DNA from: an uncultured Spirochaetota bacterium
Lineage (GTDB): Bacteria; Spirochaetota; Spirochaetia; SZUA-6; Fen-1364
Length of the DNA: 64,000 bases
Direction: 5' to 3'
Assembly: GCA_963734545.1 (NCBI GenBank)
Contig: CAVTHO010000007.1
Coordinates: 288,001 to 352,000, forward strand
The position numbers and the translations under genes were made by a program. Below are positions 8,836 to 19,727 of this stretch, piece after piece. The number at the start of each line of letters is the position of its first letter. Position 1 is the stretch's first letter. The notes below the pieces were generated by a model. That model saw nothing but the letters and a program-made list of their open reading frames with translations, ran no database searches and was not told the origin of the DNA.

Positions 8836-9765
8836 GTGCTCAGAACGACTCTGCTCGCCGCTTTGCTGCTCCTTCTGGCGCTCGGCAGCCCGTTGTCGAG
8901 GAGGCTCGTGGACGCGGCACCGCGGCCCGCGGCGGCCGAGTCATGGCCGGGAGAGCAGGAAGTGCAATCGCTCGCGGCCGCGTGGCCTGATCGGATCGTG
9001 GAGACTGCGCAGAGGGGCTCGGACTGGATGCTGCGCATAGGGGACGACTGGTTCGCCTGGGCGCACGGAAGGCTTCTGCCGGAGGAAGAGCAGGGGCGCT
9101 GGCAGGAGTTCGCTGCTTTGCCCTTCTATCGCTATCCGCTCGAAATGCCGCCGCTGCCGGAGCTCGATCAGCAGGCCGCCTCCCGGGTCCGGCAAAGGGT
9201 GCGTGACAACCAGGAAAACCCTCCCCGGAGGAACGAGGCGTTTCTCGCCGCGCTTCTCAAGGCCCCCAACAGGGCCGAAACCGAGGCGCGGCTCGTCAGG
9301 ATGGAGGTGGCGGGATTCACCGTGACGGTGCACGAGCGAATCAAGGAGCCACTCAGCCTCGTCGACAAGGAGCTTCGCTCGCTCCGTCTCACCGATCCAG
9401 TGATCGAATCCTTCCTCAGAAGAATCCAGGAGATCAACGGCTACAGCTATCGGTATGTGGAGGGTACCCGCTCGCGCAGCCTGCACAGCTACGGCCTTGC
9501 CGTTGATCTCATCCCGAAGACCTACGGGGGAAAGAAAGCGTACTGGATGTGGGCAATGACGGGCACCCCTGACTTCTGGACGATCCCTTATGCGAGGCGC
9601 TGGATGGTTCCTCTGCCGGTGGTGGAGGCATTCGAGCGCCAGGGTTTCGTCTGGGGCGGGAAATGGCTCTTTTTCGACACGATGCACTTCGAATATCGGC
9701 CGGAGATCCTGCTGCTTTCCCGTCAAAAGGCCGAAACTCCTACGGTTGCGGTGCCTCAATCCTGA
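8836..9765 (+). CDS. M15-family metallopeptidase (peptidoglycan hydrolase), exported
   Basis: Signal peptide; SLHSYGLAVD and WGGKW..FDTMHFEY zinc motifs. Confidence 0.88.
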   Translation: MLRTTLLAALLLLLALGSPLSRRLVDAAPRPAAAESWPGEQEVQSLAAAWPDRIVETAQRGSDWMLRIGDDWFAWAHGRLLPEEEQGRWQEFAALPFYRYPLEMPPLPELDQQAASRVRQRVRDNQENPPRRNEAFLAALLKAPNRAETEARLVRMEVAGFTVTVHERIKEPLSLVDKELRSLRLTDPVIESFLRRIQEINGYSYRYVEGTRSRSLHSYGLAVDLIPKTYGGKKAYWMWAMTGTPDFWTIPYARRWMVPLPVVEAFERQGFVWGGKWLFFDTMHFEYRPEILLLSRQKAETPTVAVPQS

Positions 9766-12311
9766 CGGGCGCCGGTGCGGCGTCCCAGATCTCACGGGCG
9801 TACTCACGAATCGTGCGGTCGCTGGAAAACCTGCCCATGTGCGCCACGTTGAGTATCGACATGCGCGTCCACGCCTCCCCGTCCCCGTAGGAGGCGCCCA
9901 CGCGCTGCTGGCACTCCGCATAGGCATCGAAGTCGGCGAGAAGCATGTACGGATCTCCCTGGTCCAGGAGACCATGCGCAAGAGGGGAGAATGTACCGGG
10001 CTGGCCAGGGCACAGCTCGTTGCCGGCAATCAGGTCGAGGACTTCCCTGAGTCGTGCATTTGATCGGTAGATTTCACGAGGGTCGTACCCGTTTCTCTTT
10101 TTCTCCGCTACCTGCGAGGCGGTGAGCCCGAACAGGAAAAAGTTTTCCGGGCCGACCTCTTCACGGATTTCGACATTCGCCCCATCCAGCGTGCCGATGG
10201 TCAGCGCGCCGTTCAGGGAGAACTTCATGTTGCCCGTGCCGGAAGCCTCGGTGCCCGCCAGGGAGATCTGCTCGGACAGATCGGCGGCCGGAATGATTTT
10301 CTCCGCAAGGCTCACCCCGTAGTTGGGCACGAACACCACTCTCAAGAGATCCGAGACGCCGGCATCGGCATTGACCTTCTCCGCCACGGCGTGAATCAGC
10401 CTGATGATGAGCTTGGCAACCGCATAGCCGGGCGCTGCTTTTCCCGCGAAAATGACCGTGCGGGGGACAAAGAGCTTCTCCGCGCCGGTCTTGAGGCCGA
10501 GGTATGCGTACAGGACGTGCAGCACGTTGAGAAGCTGGCGCTTGTACTCGTGGATGCGCTTCACCTGGCAGTCGAAGAGCGACTCAGTGTCGACCGTCAC
10601 ACCGGTGAGGCTGTGCATGGTTTTCGCCAGCGCCTTCTTGTTGTCCTGCTTGACTGCCTGCCACGCGCGTCGAAACTCCGCGCTCTCCGCCAGGGGAACG
10701 AGCCGGCCGAGCTGGTCGAGGTCAGTGACCCAGCCATCGCCGATTCGGTCCGTGATCAGCCCCGCAAGCCCCGGATTGCAGAGTTTCAGCCAGCGCCGCG
10801 GAGTGATCCCGTTTGTCTTGTTGTTGAACCGCTCGGGCCACAACGCGAAGAAGTCGCTGAAAAGCTGGTCTTTGAGGATCTGGGTGTGCAGACCCGAAAC
10901 GCCGTTCACCGAGTGACTGCCCACGATCGCCAGATGTGACATGCGCAGTTTCTTCTCCCCGTCCTCCTCGAACAGCGACATGCGCCGGAGACGTTCCGTG
11001 TCTCCCGGCCACCGAAGCGACACCCGCGCGAGGAACCTGCGGTTGATCTCATAGGCGATCTGCAGGTGCCGGGGCAGAACCCTGCCAAAGAGGCTGACGG
11101 GCCACTGCTCCAGCGCTTCCGGCAGGATCGTATGATTGGTGTAGCCGAAAGTCTTCACCGTCGTCTGCCAGGCTGCGTCCCAGTCCAGGCCCTCCTTGTC
11201 CACCAGGAGGCGCATCAGCTCGAGGATCGCCACGGCGGGGTGCGTGTCATTGAGCTGAACCGCGACCTGGTCGTGAAAATCTTCAAATCCGGGGGAGCCG
11301 CCCTTCTTGTAGCGGCGCATGATGTCGTGCAGCGTTGCGGCAACGAAGAAATACTCCTGCTTGAGGCGCAGCTCGCGTCCTTCGAACACATTGTCGTTGG
11401 GGTAAAGGACTTTGGAAATCGTCTCGGAGCGATCCTTTTCCGACACCGCGCGCTCGTAATCCCCGTGATTGAAATAGTCGAGGTCGAATTCGCGGTCGCT
11501 CTTTGCCGCCCAGAGGCGCATGTTGTTGACCGTGTTGTTCCGATAGCCGGGAACCGGCGTATCGTAGGCCATCGCCATGACTGTCTGCGTGTCTTCCCAA
11601 TCGAATACGAGCCGCCCGTTCCCGTCTTCTGTCTGTGTGACATGGCCGTAGAAATGCACCGGGTACAGGTGCTCGGGCCGCTCCACTTCCCACGGATTTC
11701 TGTGACGCAGCCAGTTGTCCGGCGTCTCCACCTGCGCTCCCTCGCGGATTCTCTGGAAGAAAATCCCGTACTCGTAGCGGATGCCGTATCCATACGCCGG
11801 GCAGAGCGAGGGTGGCCATCGAATCCAGAAAGCAGGCGGCAAGACGCCCAAGTCCGCCGTTGCCCAGGCCGGCGTCGTGCTCACGCTGTTCAAGGTCTTC
11901 AAGCTTATAGCCGAGATCCTTCATCGCGCGCTCCAGGTTCTGTTCGAGCCCCAGGTTGATCACGGCATTGCCCAGCGTGCGTCCAATGAGAAACTCCAGG
12001 GACAGGTAGTACACGCGCTTGGACTTGCGCGCGTAGTAGCTCTGCTGGGTCGCGATCCAGCGCTCGATCAGCCTGTCGCGGACCGTGAGGGCCAGGGAAT
12101 TGAAGAGGTCGCGCGGCGTTGCGCTGTACTCGTCCTTGGCCAGCGCGAACTCGAGATTGTGGACGATTGATTCTTTCAGTGAAGAGACGTCCATCCCGAG
12201 AAACGCATTCGTGGAAGGGCTGAGGGTCGCTCCCCGCAGTCCCGGCGCCTGCTTTTTTTTTGCGCCCGCAGGTGAGCTCTTCCGTGTGACGGATTTTCTT
12301 GAGACGGCCAT
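9740..12311 (-). CDS. glgP: Glycogen/alpha-glucan phosphorylase (frameshift near 11800)
   Basis: YYLSLEFLIGR and DAGLGNGGLGRLAACFLDS in one frame; YGYGIRYEYG, QLNDTHP, EASGTGNMK in the next. Confidence 0.95.
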
Positions 12312-12389
12312 ACGACCATAGTAGCGCATACCGCGGCGAGGTGGCAACGAAAATGATGCGCGGAAGACGGCCGCGACGCGCGGCGCCGT

Positions 12390-14018
12390 CTACTCGGCTT
12401 CGCCGATCGAGGCAAGAAGCCTCTCCGCGCCGTCCTGGAAGGCGAGCGCGGCCGATCGGTAATCGAACCCGACGATGACGCTCAGCCCGCTGTAGAGGGT
12501 CTCGTGCAGGAACGCGGCAAGGAGCTTGAGGTATGCGCGCGAATCGAGCCGGGAGGCGCCGTCCTTCAGCAGCAGGACGTCGAGCTCGAAAGTCTTTGCC
12601 ACGGCGGATATCTGCCGGCTGACGATGAGGTGCAGCGTGCGCATTGTCTTCAGGTACTGCGCGCGGTAGTCGGGATCCCGTTCCACGAGGATCTGGATCT
12701 GGCGGAACCGGTCCCGTACCTTGCGGCCTCGGGAGTTGATCCTGCGCGGGATCAGCTGCTTCAGCACGCCGACAAGCGTCCGGGACTGGAAAAGCTTGTG
12801 CAGGGAGAAATAGAAAAGGAGCAGGACGCCCTGGTTGCGGACCATGGCGCTGTGACGCGCCGCTTTGCCGAGAGTCATCAGGAACCGGGCGATCTCGCGG
12901 TCCATCTGCTTGTCGTGGCCCGCCTGCGGGCGGCTCGCGAAGGCCCCCCGGGCTTCCTCCATCCTGCGAATCTGCTCGGCCAGCAGATCCTGCACGCGCA
13001 GGATCTCCCCGCGCATTGCGCTCGCCTTGACACGGCGCAGGAAGCCGTCCAGGGCGCTGCGCTCTTCAGGCGTGAACATCTGCGATGCCGGCGGCGAGCC
13101 TTCGGGAAGAACGCTCTGCAGCACCGAGTTCAAGTATTCGCCCAGGCGCGCCAGATACTCATCCGTTTCCTCGATCTGTGTGTTCCGATGGATGTACGTC
13201 GTCACGATATCCTGCATGCGGGGCGGGATGCCCAGCCTCCGGGATGCCTGGAAAAGAAGCCGGCCATGCGCGTAGTCGAGGCTGTCCCGCATGCACTTCA
13301 GCACGTGGACCACGGGATTGGGCTCACCCTGCAGCAGGTCAAGCGCAGGGTCCTCCGGCACGAACGCAAAATCGCGCAGGAACGGTATTTCCGCCGGCGT
13401 CAGTCGTTCCGATTCCGAAACAAAGCGATTGTAGTTGCCCGCCACGTCGCGGGGATTGAAGCCCTGCTGCGGCCGAACGGAATAGCGGTTGTGCCAGAAC
13501 CGGATCGGCGTGCCGGGGAACAGCCGCTGTACCTCTTTCGCATACGCGCCGGCGGAAGCGTGGGCGGTCGGCTCCGGATTGGTCACCAGGATGATACGCT
13601 TCATGTAGGGCAGGTACACGAGGTTGTCCTCGTAGTGCATGCCCGCCGGCATATCGAAGAGCAGCACATTGAATCGGCTGTCGATCTCGGCCAGATACGG
13701 GCCGTAGATCTTTTCCATTACCCCGCTCACTTCGGCGCGGCCGAGCTTCTGGTAGGGAAACAGGACGGCCAGGCCGCGGAACACCGGCAGCAGGAACGCC
13801 TGCAGGCCATCCGCGGGACTCATCCGACCGGCGGTTTCGCCGGTCACGGCCTGCTCGGGCGCCTGGAGATCCAGCAGGGAGGCCACGTCGGACAGCGGGT
13901 CGATGTCAACCAGCCCGACGTTCAGGCCTTTTCTTGCGTAATAGATGGCCAGGTTGCAGGCGGTGATTGTTTTGCCCACTCCGCCTTTTCCGGAAGTCAC
14001 GGCGATGGACTTGTCCAT
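12390..14018 (-). CDS. MinD/FlhG-like ParA-family ATPase with long C-terminal helical extension
   Basis: Deviant Walker A SGKGGVGKT, LVDID, FDMPAG, LVTNPEPTA; ATG at 14018. Confidence 0.8.
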   Translation of the reverse strand: MDKSIAVTSGKGGVGKTITACNLAIYYARKGLNVGLVDIDPLSDVASLLDLQAPEQAVTGETAGRMSPADGLQAFLLPVFRGLAVLFPYQKLGRAEVSGVMEKIYGPYLAEIDSRFNVLLFDMPAGMHYEDNLVYLPYMKRIILVTNPEPTAHASAGAYAKEVQRLFPGTPIRFWHNRYSVRPQQGFNPRDVAGNYNRFVSESERLTPAEIPFLRDFAFVPEDPALDLLQGEPNPVVHVLKCMRDSLDYAHGRLLFQASRRLGIPPRMQDIVTTYIHRNTQIEETDEYLARLGEYLNSVLQSVLPEGSPPASQMFTPEERSALDGFLRRVKASAMRGEILRVQDLLAEQIRRMEEARGAFASRPQAGHDKQMDREIARFLMTLGKAARHSAMVRNQGVLLLFYFSLHKLFQSRTLVGVLKQLIPRRINSRGRKVRDRFRQIQILVERDPDYRAQYLKTMRTLHLIVSRQISAVAKTFELDVLLLKDGASRLDSRAYLKLLAAFLHETLYSGLSVIVGFDYRSAALAFQDGAERLLASIGEAE

Positions 14019-14325
14019 GACGCGCCGCAGTGTCGATTGATCCGGATGCGCGGAAATCGGATGCGCCGCCCCGGGGGAGCGCCGGCCTCGACTTCTTTCT
14101 GTCCGACTGATCCGTCCGCCATGCGCCTCTTCCATTCGCTCCCGGTAGCGTTCAGCTCGCGCATATCATAGCCCGGGCGGAAGGGTTCGAGTCAATGCGT
14201 CCGCGGCTCTCCCGAGGCGATTCCACCCGGCAGCCGCCAAATCGGCCCGTCGCAATTCGCTTGACCCCGAACATAAGATCGCGTATAGAATAGAGAAAAT
14301 ATAGCGAATGGTTAGGGAGGAAGCG

Positions 14326-15591
14326 ATGTCCACTCGGGGAATCTCGATCAAGTCACGGATCATCGTTGCCCTCGTGCTGCTGCCCCTGGTCTCACTTCTT
14401 CTCGTGGGCCTCATCGCCCTGCTGCAGAACCAGAACTCTCTGGCCTCCCAGGCCGAGCAGAATCTCAGCAGGATCGTGGCTGAGAAGACGCTGGGCTACG
14501 ACAACATCTTCCGCCGCATCCAGCAGGAGGTCGAAGCTGTCGGCCGCATATGCGGCGATGATGTATGCAATCCCGGCGCCCCGCGAAGATGTCGGATACC
14601 GCCTCCTCATGCCCTGGACGGGGAATGGCTACGGGACCAACGAGCAGAGGCGTGAACTGCGGGATGAGATCCTGCGCATGCAGAGAATCGGGCAGGTGCT
14701 GGAGCCCGTGGTCGCGAAGAACCCCTATCTCACGCTGGGCTACTACGCATCGGAAACGGCGATGACCGTGTTCGACCAGCAGAAGGTTGTCGACGTCATC
14801 GAAGCGATCAAGGCGTTCGATCCCCGCCAGCGGCCGTGGTACCTGCAGGCCCGGCCAGGGATCGGTTCCCATCTGGACCGACCTGTACGTGGATGCCAAC
14901 ACGAAGAAGCTCACCGTGACCTCGGCTGCCCCTGTCCGCGACCCCAGTGGTCGCCTTTTCGGCGTCGCCGGGCCTGGACGTGCTCCTGCAGACCCTGCAA
15001 AATGACATCCTCAGCATCCAGATCGGCTACGAGAACGAGCCGTTCATGATCAACAGGGACGGACACGTCATCGTCCGCGCGGAACATGGACCAGGAAAAC
15101 ACCCAGTGGGACAAGACCTATAGAGACCGACAATCTCATGGAGGCGACGAATGCCGGGTTCCGGAGCATCGTGACCGACATGGTGGCAGGCAAGGCAGGC
15201 ATCAGGACCTTCGCGGGAGACAACAGGCAGCAGAACTACGTCGCGTTTGCGCCCATCGCCACGGTCAAGGCGAGCCTCGGGAATCATCGTGCCGCGAAGC
15301 GAAATCGTGCGGCCCGTCCGGGAGAGCGGGAAGCTCGTGCTCCTGGTGATGGCGGTATTCGTGCTCTTTTCCATCGGCATCGGCGTCTGGCTCGGAAATC
15401 AGGTCAGCCGCCCCATCCAGGATCTGACGGTGCTTGTCGACAAGGCGAGCAAGGGCCTTCTGGAGGTGGAGGAGATCCCGATCCGCCGCCGGGATGAGGT
15501 GGGAGTTCTGGCGGTGGCGTTCAATCGCATGCTTTCCAACCTCGCCACGGTCCTCAAGGAGCTCGAGCAGAGGGAAAAGAAAAACAAATGA
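14326..15591 (+). CDS. Stand-alone membrane sensor: TM-dCache-TM-HAMP with no output domain (several frameshifts)
   Basis: Fragments FDPRQRPWYLQA, IWTDLYVDANT, YVAFAPI; TM; HAMP RPIQDL..RRDEVGVLAVAFNRML; stop overlaps the next ATG. Confidence 0.75.
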
Positions 15592-17509
15592 ACATCGGCC
15601 TCTTCCTGCCGAAGCTCGTCCCTGCGCTCTTCTGCATCGTGATGCTCGCGGCCGTCCGCCGCATCAGGCCCGTCGCCCGGCCTGCGCTTCGTGGCCGTCA
15701 TCGTGGCGCTCATGCTGGCGAGGGACATCCTGCACGCCTTCACCGGCCTCATTTCCTATTTTCCGCTGGCCGACCTGGCCATCATTACCCTCTACGTGTT
15801 CTGGCTGCGCGCGTACACGGGCCGCTCACGATTCGATTTCGTCTACCTGGCGCTGAACGCGCTGGTCTGCGCGGCGGGAGCGGTCAACATTTTCATTCCC
15901 TTCCTTCGCCCAGGGGGAGTTTTTCCTCGGCATCTGGCTCCTGGTCAACGTCGCCTACTTCGCGGTGTTGACCGGGCTCGTCTCGGCAATGGACACGGAG
16001 AAGGCTGACAATCATCCTGCGCAGCAGGGCAGTCGTCTCCGCCGCTCTTTTCATCGCCTCGATCGTGACCCTGCTGTACGGCTACGACCATCCACTCGTG
16101 CAGAGCCTGCTGCTCCCCGCTTCCTACCTCGTTCCCGGATGGCTTCTGCTGAGCTACAACGCCCTCCTGCACGCGCGAGGGAGCGCAGTCGATACAGTTC
16201 TACTCGTCCAATCTCGACGCGACCTACGGCTTCATGGAGAACCTGGGCAACGCCATCACGGCCAAGATCGATCTCGTCCCGCGTCCTGGAGATGATCATC
16301 ACCGCCGCCGTGAAGAACATCGGGGCGGACGCGGGGGCCATCCTCATGGTGGACGAGTACGAGGACATCCTGCGCGTGAGGGCCACCTACGGGATCTACC
16401 CGCCGCTGGGCCCCGTCCCGGAGCTCGTGCGGGTGACCCCCGCGAGCCTGAAGCGGTACTTCGCGGAGACGCCCATCCCGATCGGAGAGACGGTACTGGG
16501 AGAAACGGTGCGGAGCGGCAGGCCGAACCTGATACGCGATACCCGCCAGGACGAAAGGATGCGTCACAACACGGCGGACGACATCCTGTTCGTCAGCTCT
16601 CTTGCCGCCATACCGCTCGTGGTGCGGAACCGCGTCCCTCGGGGTCCTGTCCGTGCTCAAGCGGGCGGAGAACCAGTTCTTCGATGAGCGGGACTTCCAG
16701 CACCTGACGACGCTGGCCGAGTATGCCTCCATCACGATCGACAATCTCTACACCTACACGGAGGTGCTGGAGAAGAGGGAGTTCGATCGCGAGCTGGACA
16801 TCGCGGCCCAGATCCAGCGCAAGCTGCTGCCGGACCGCCTTCCCGAGCTGGAAACCGCCGAGATTGCCGTCTACAACATGCCGGCCAAGGGCGTCAGCGG
16901 CGACTATTACGACGTGTTCCGCCTGGAGCGATGACACCTCGGGGATCGCCATCTGCGACGTGGCGGGCAAGGGAATTCCCGCCGCACTGGTGATGGTGAT
17001 GATCCGCTCGATCCTCCACCTCATCGTCTCCACACAGCGGGACGCGGCAACCACGCTGAACTGGATCAACCGCGGCATCACCGGCAGGATCGAGCTCGAC
17101 CACTACGCGACCATCGCTTTCCTCATCTATGACCAGAAGAAGCGGGAGATCCTGTACTCCAACGCCGCGCATCTCCCTCTGCTGGTCCATCGACGCGGCA
17201 CGCGGGACCACCTTCAAGCTGGACACGGAAGGGCTGCCGATCGGGATCGAAAAGGACACGCGCTACGAGCAGAAGCGTTTCTCCGTGGAACAGGGCGACG
17301 TGATCATCCTGTGCACGGACGGCATTCTCGAGGCAATGAACCCTGCCGGGCAGCAGTACGGGCTCGGCGGGCTGAAGCGCATGGTGGAGAAGAACGCGGC
17401 GCTTCCCGCCGCGGAGCTGGTGGAGGCGATCCGCGAGGACCTGGTGCATTTCGTCGGAACGGCGCGGCAGCAGGATGACCAGACGCTGCTGCTCTTGAAA
17501 GCCCGATAG
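15588..17509 (+). CDS. Multi-TM + GAF + SpoIIE/PP2C phosphatase, RsbU-like (several frameshifts)
   Basis: Hydrophobic N-terminus; GAF (ADAGAILMVD...SLAAIPLV); ELDIAAQIQRKLLP, VSGDYYD, CDVAGKG, CTDGILEA, QQDDQT. Confidence 0.85.
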
Positions 17510-17524
17510 GAGACTGCTGCGACA

Positions 17525-17887
17525 GTGAGTGTAGAAATGGAAATAAAGCTCAGACGCGCGGGAACGATTTATGTGATCGACATCACCGGCGAGATGGACC
17601 TCTACAATGCCTTCAAGCTGAAGGATATTGTCATGAAGATGATCGGACGCCAGATCAAAGAGTACGTGATCAACCTCGAGAACGTGGAGTATCTGGACTC
17701 CAGCGGCATCGGCGCGCTCCTTTCGGTCCACGCCGAGCTCAAGAAACGCGGCATGCCGCTCGTCATCGCGAACGTCAAGGGGTCCGTCAAACGGGTGATC
17801 GAGCTGACCAAGCTCAACGGCTACCTGCCCATTGCCGCGGATGTGAACGAGGCGGTGATCCGCATCCGCGATATGACGCCGCATTAG
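17525..17887 (+). CDS. STAS anti-anti-sigma factor (RsbV/SpoIIAA-like)
   Basis: IDITGEMDLY, VEYLDSSGIGALL with the conserved phospho-Ser. Confidence 0.9.
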   Translation: MSVEMEIKLRRAGTIYVIDITGEMDLYNAFKLKDIVMKMIGRQIKEYVINLENVEYLDSSGIGALLSVHAELKKRGMPLVIANVKGSVKRVIELTKLNGYLPIAADVNEAVIRIRDMTPH

Positions 17888-17904
17888 CACCAGGAGAGAC
17901 ACGC

Positions 17905-18457
17905 ATGGATCAAGTGAAACAGATTCAGCTGGACGGAAAAAGCCCCCTCTTCAACAAGCACGGAATGTTCCACAAGACCTTTGCCAGCGACTTTCGCCAG
18001 ATCAGGTACTATACGCTCCTGATCGTGCAGAAGGCCCCGCTGGAGTTCAAGGAGATCAATCTCCTGGAGCAGCAGATCAGCGAGCTCATCAAGAACGCGG
18101 TGAAGCACGGCAACAAGAGCGACGCGCGCAAGAACGTCGACGTGTGGTTCCGATTCAGCGACGACAGCGCGCGCCTGATCGTGCAGGACGAAGGGGCAGG
18201 GATTCAAACGCATGGAGGAATGGAACGAGTTCAACCGCCATAGGACGGCGTGTTTTCAGACGCAGGATTTCGAGCGCATGGCCGAATTCGTCTCATTCAT
18301 CACGCCGGACAGCGACGAGCACGACAGCGGCAATGCCCTGTTCGCCGCGCTGGAATACTGGGACGGCGGAGTCGTGCTCAACGCGAGCCGCAATTGCATC
18401 GCGGTCGCCAAGAGCTTCCCCAAGCGCCGTCACGGGATTGCACTCAAGGAAGGGTAA
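17905..18457 (+). CDS. RsbW/SpoIIAB-like serine kinase/anti-sigma factor (frameshift near 18200)
   Basis: ISELIKNAVKHGN N-box, VQDEGAG G1-box; continues in the 18212-18457 frame. Confidence 0.78.
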
Positions 18458-18484
18458 GCGGCCGCGCGGCCGCGGCAGACGCCG

Positions 18485-19651
18485 ATGGCAAGGAACGAAA
18501 AGAAACCGATCATCAAGCTCCCCGTCAAGATCACGCTGACCTCCGAGGGGGTGGAGTGGTTCATCCGCAACAACAAGCAGCTCAAGCGGCTGCGCATGGC
18601 GGACAACCGCCTGGAGTACGGCATTTCTCTGGAAGAGTTTTCGGCCGCCTCCCTCCAGAAGATGATGAACATCGAATACATTTCTACCGTGGAGATCGCG
18701 CGCACCGAATTCGCCGACAAGCGGCGGGAGATCATCGACCTGAACAAGCTGATCGTCTACCGCATCCTCTACCGCTCGTTCGAGCGGGAGACCTACAAGC
18801 TCTTTCTCGATTCTCCCCTGATCAAGCGCTGGAATCGCGGCCACCCCACCAGGATCATCGATGAGAACTCCGTCTTCAACCGCAGCCAGCTGGAGAGCCT
18901 CTTCAACAGCTGCGCCCCGGACCTGCCCATGGTGTCGGAGGACATACAGAGCGGGCTGTTGAAGGAGCTGCAGGCGGATCCCCGCCTGAGCGCGGAAGAG
19001 AAGGAAGTCCTCGGGTTCCTCAGCGACAGATACGTGATCAGCATGCGCAACATCATGTGGTGCGTGCTGGCGAAGTCCCGCGGCGAGCCCGAGTACGTCG
19101 TCCTGGTGGCCAAGGTGGTCGGGCTGCTGCGCGGCTATCTGGAGAAGTCCAAGATCGCGGAGTACCTCTCCCTCATGGTCACGGAGCTGCTCACCTATGC
19201 CGAAGCCGTCCACGCGGTGGAAATTGCACGGAATCTCTTTCCGGAAATGCGCTCCCGGTCGGGGATCCTGCGCAACCCCAAGCTCCGCGAGGCCATCGTG
19301 CGCACCATGCGCGAACAGCAGGACTACCTCTATCTGACCTACCAGGTGAGCAGCAAGGTGCCTTCGTTCGGCACGGAGAACCGGCTGCGGATCGTCATCT
19401 TCAACCGCGCGCGCGAATACCAGAAGGTAAAGGAACAGATCGAAAACAAGGCAGGTCTCGACCTCAAGGAGAAAAGCCTCGTCGAGTTCTATCGCCGCAT
19501 ACCGCCGGAGGACATCGATACGGAGCTCGGGCTGTACTACCTTTCCTTCCTGCACGCCGAGTGCTCCCGCTGCAACGTGCACCTGGATTCGCGCGTGAGC
19601 GAGATCCCGGCGAGCGATCTGATCGTCATCAACCTGACTCTCCAGTTCTGA
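18485..19651 (+). CDS. Conserved-looking hypothetical protein (388 aa), possible degenerate GHKL C-terminal fold
   Basis: Intact ORF with typical codon usage; SLMVTELLTYAE and ELGLYYLSFL resemble N and G2 boxes. Confidence 0.75.
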   Translation: MARNEKKPIIKLPVKITLTSEGVEWFIRNNKQLKRLRMADNRLEYGISLEEFSAASLQKMMNIEYISTVEIARTEFADKRREIIDLNKLIVYRILYRSFERETYKLFLDSPLIKRWNRGHPTRIIDENSVFNRSQLESLFNSCAPDLPMVSEDIQSGLLKELQADPRLSAEEKEVLGFLSDRYVISMRNIMWCVLAKSRGEPEYVVLVAKVVGLLRGYLEKSKIAEYLSLMVTELLTYAEAVHAVEIARNLFPEMRSRSGILRNPKLREAIVRTMREQQDYLYLTYQVSSKVPSFGTENRLRIVIFNRAREYQKVKEQIENKAGLDLKEKSLVEFYRRIPPEDIDTELGLYYLSFLHAECSRCNVHLDSRVSEIPASDLIVINLTLQF

Positions 19652-19727
19652 CTTCCCCTCACGCTTGACGACGGAGACGGGCTGAACTACTGTAACCCTC
19701 GAAAGCTGACCGGAAAGGGGGAGATAC

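Noticed and set aside
9740-12311. Programmed frameshifting or pseudogene status for glgP (likewise aroB, mlaD, phnE, pilZ)
   Set aside because: Scattered single-base indels without slippery-site/stimulator patterns across many unrelated genes are better explained by sequencing error.
14170-14200. tRNA-like GGTTCGAGTC
   Set aside because: No T-stem pairing or cloverleaf around it.
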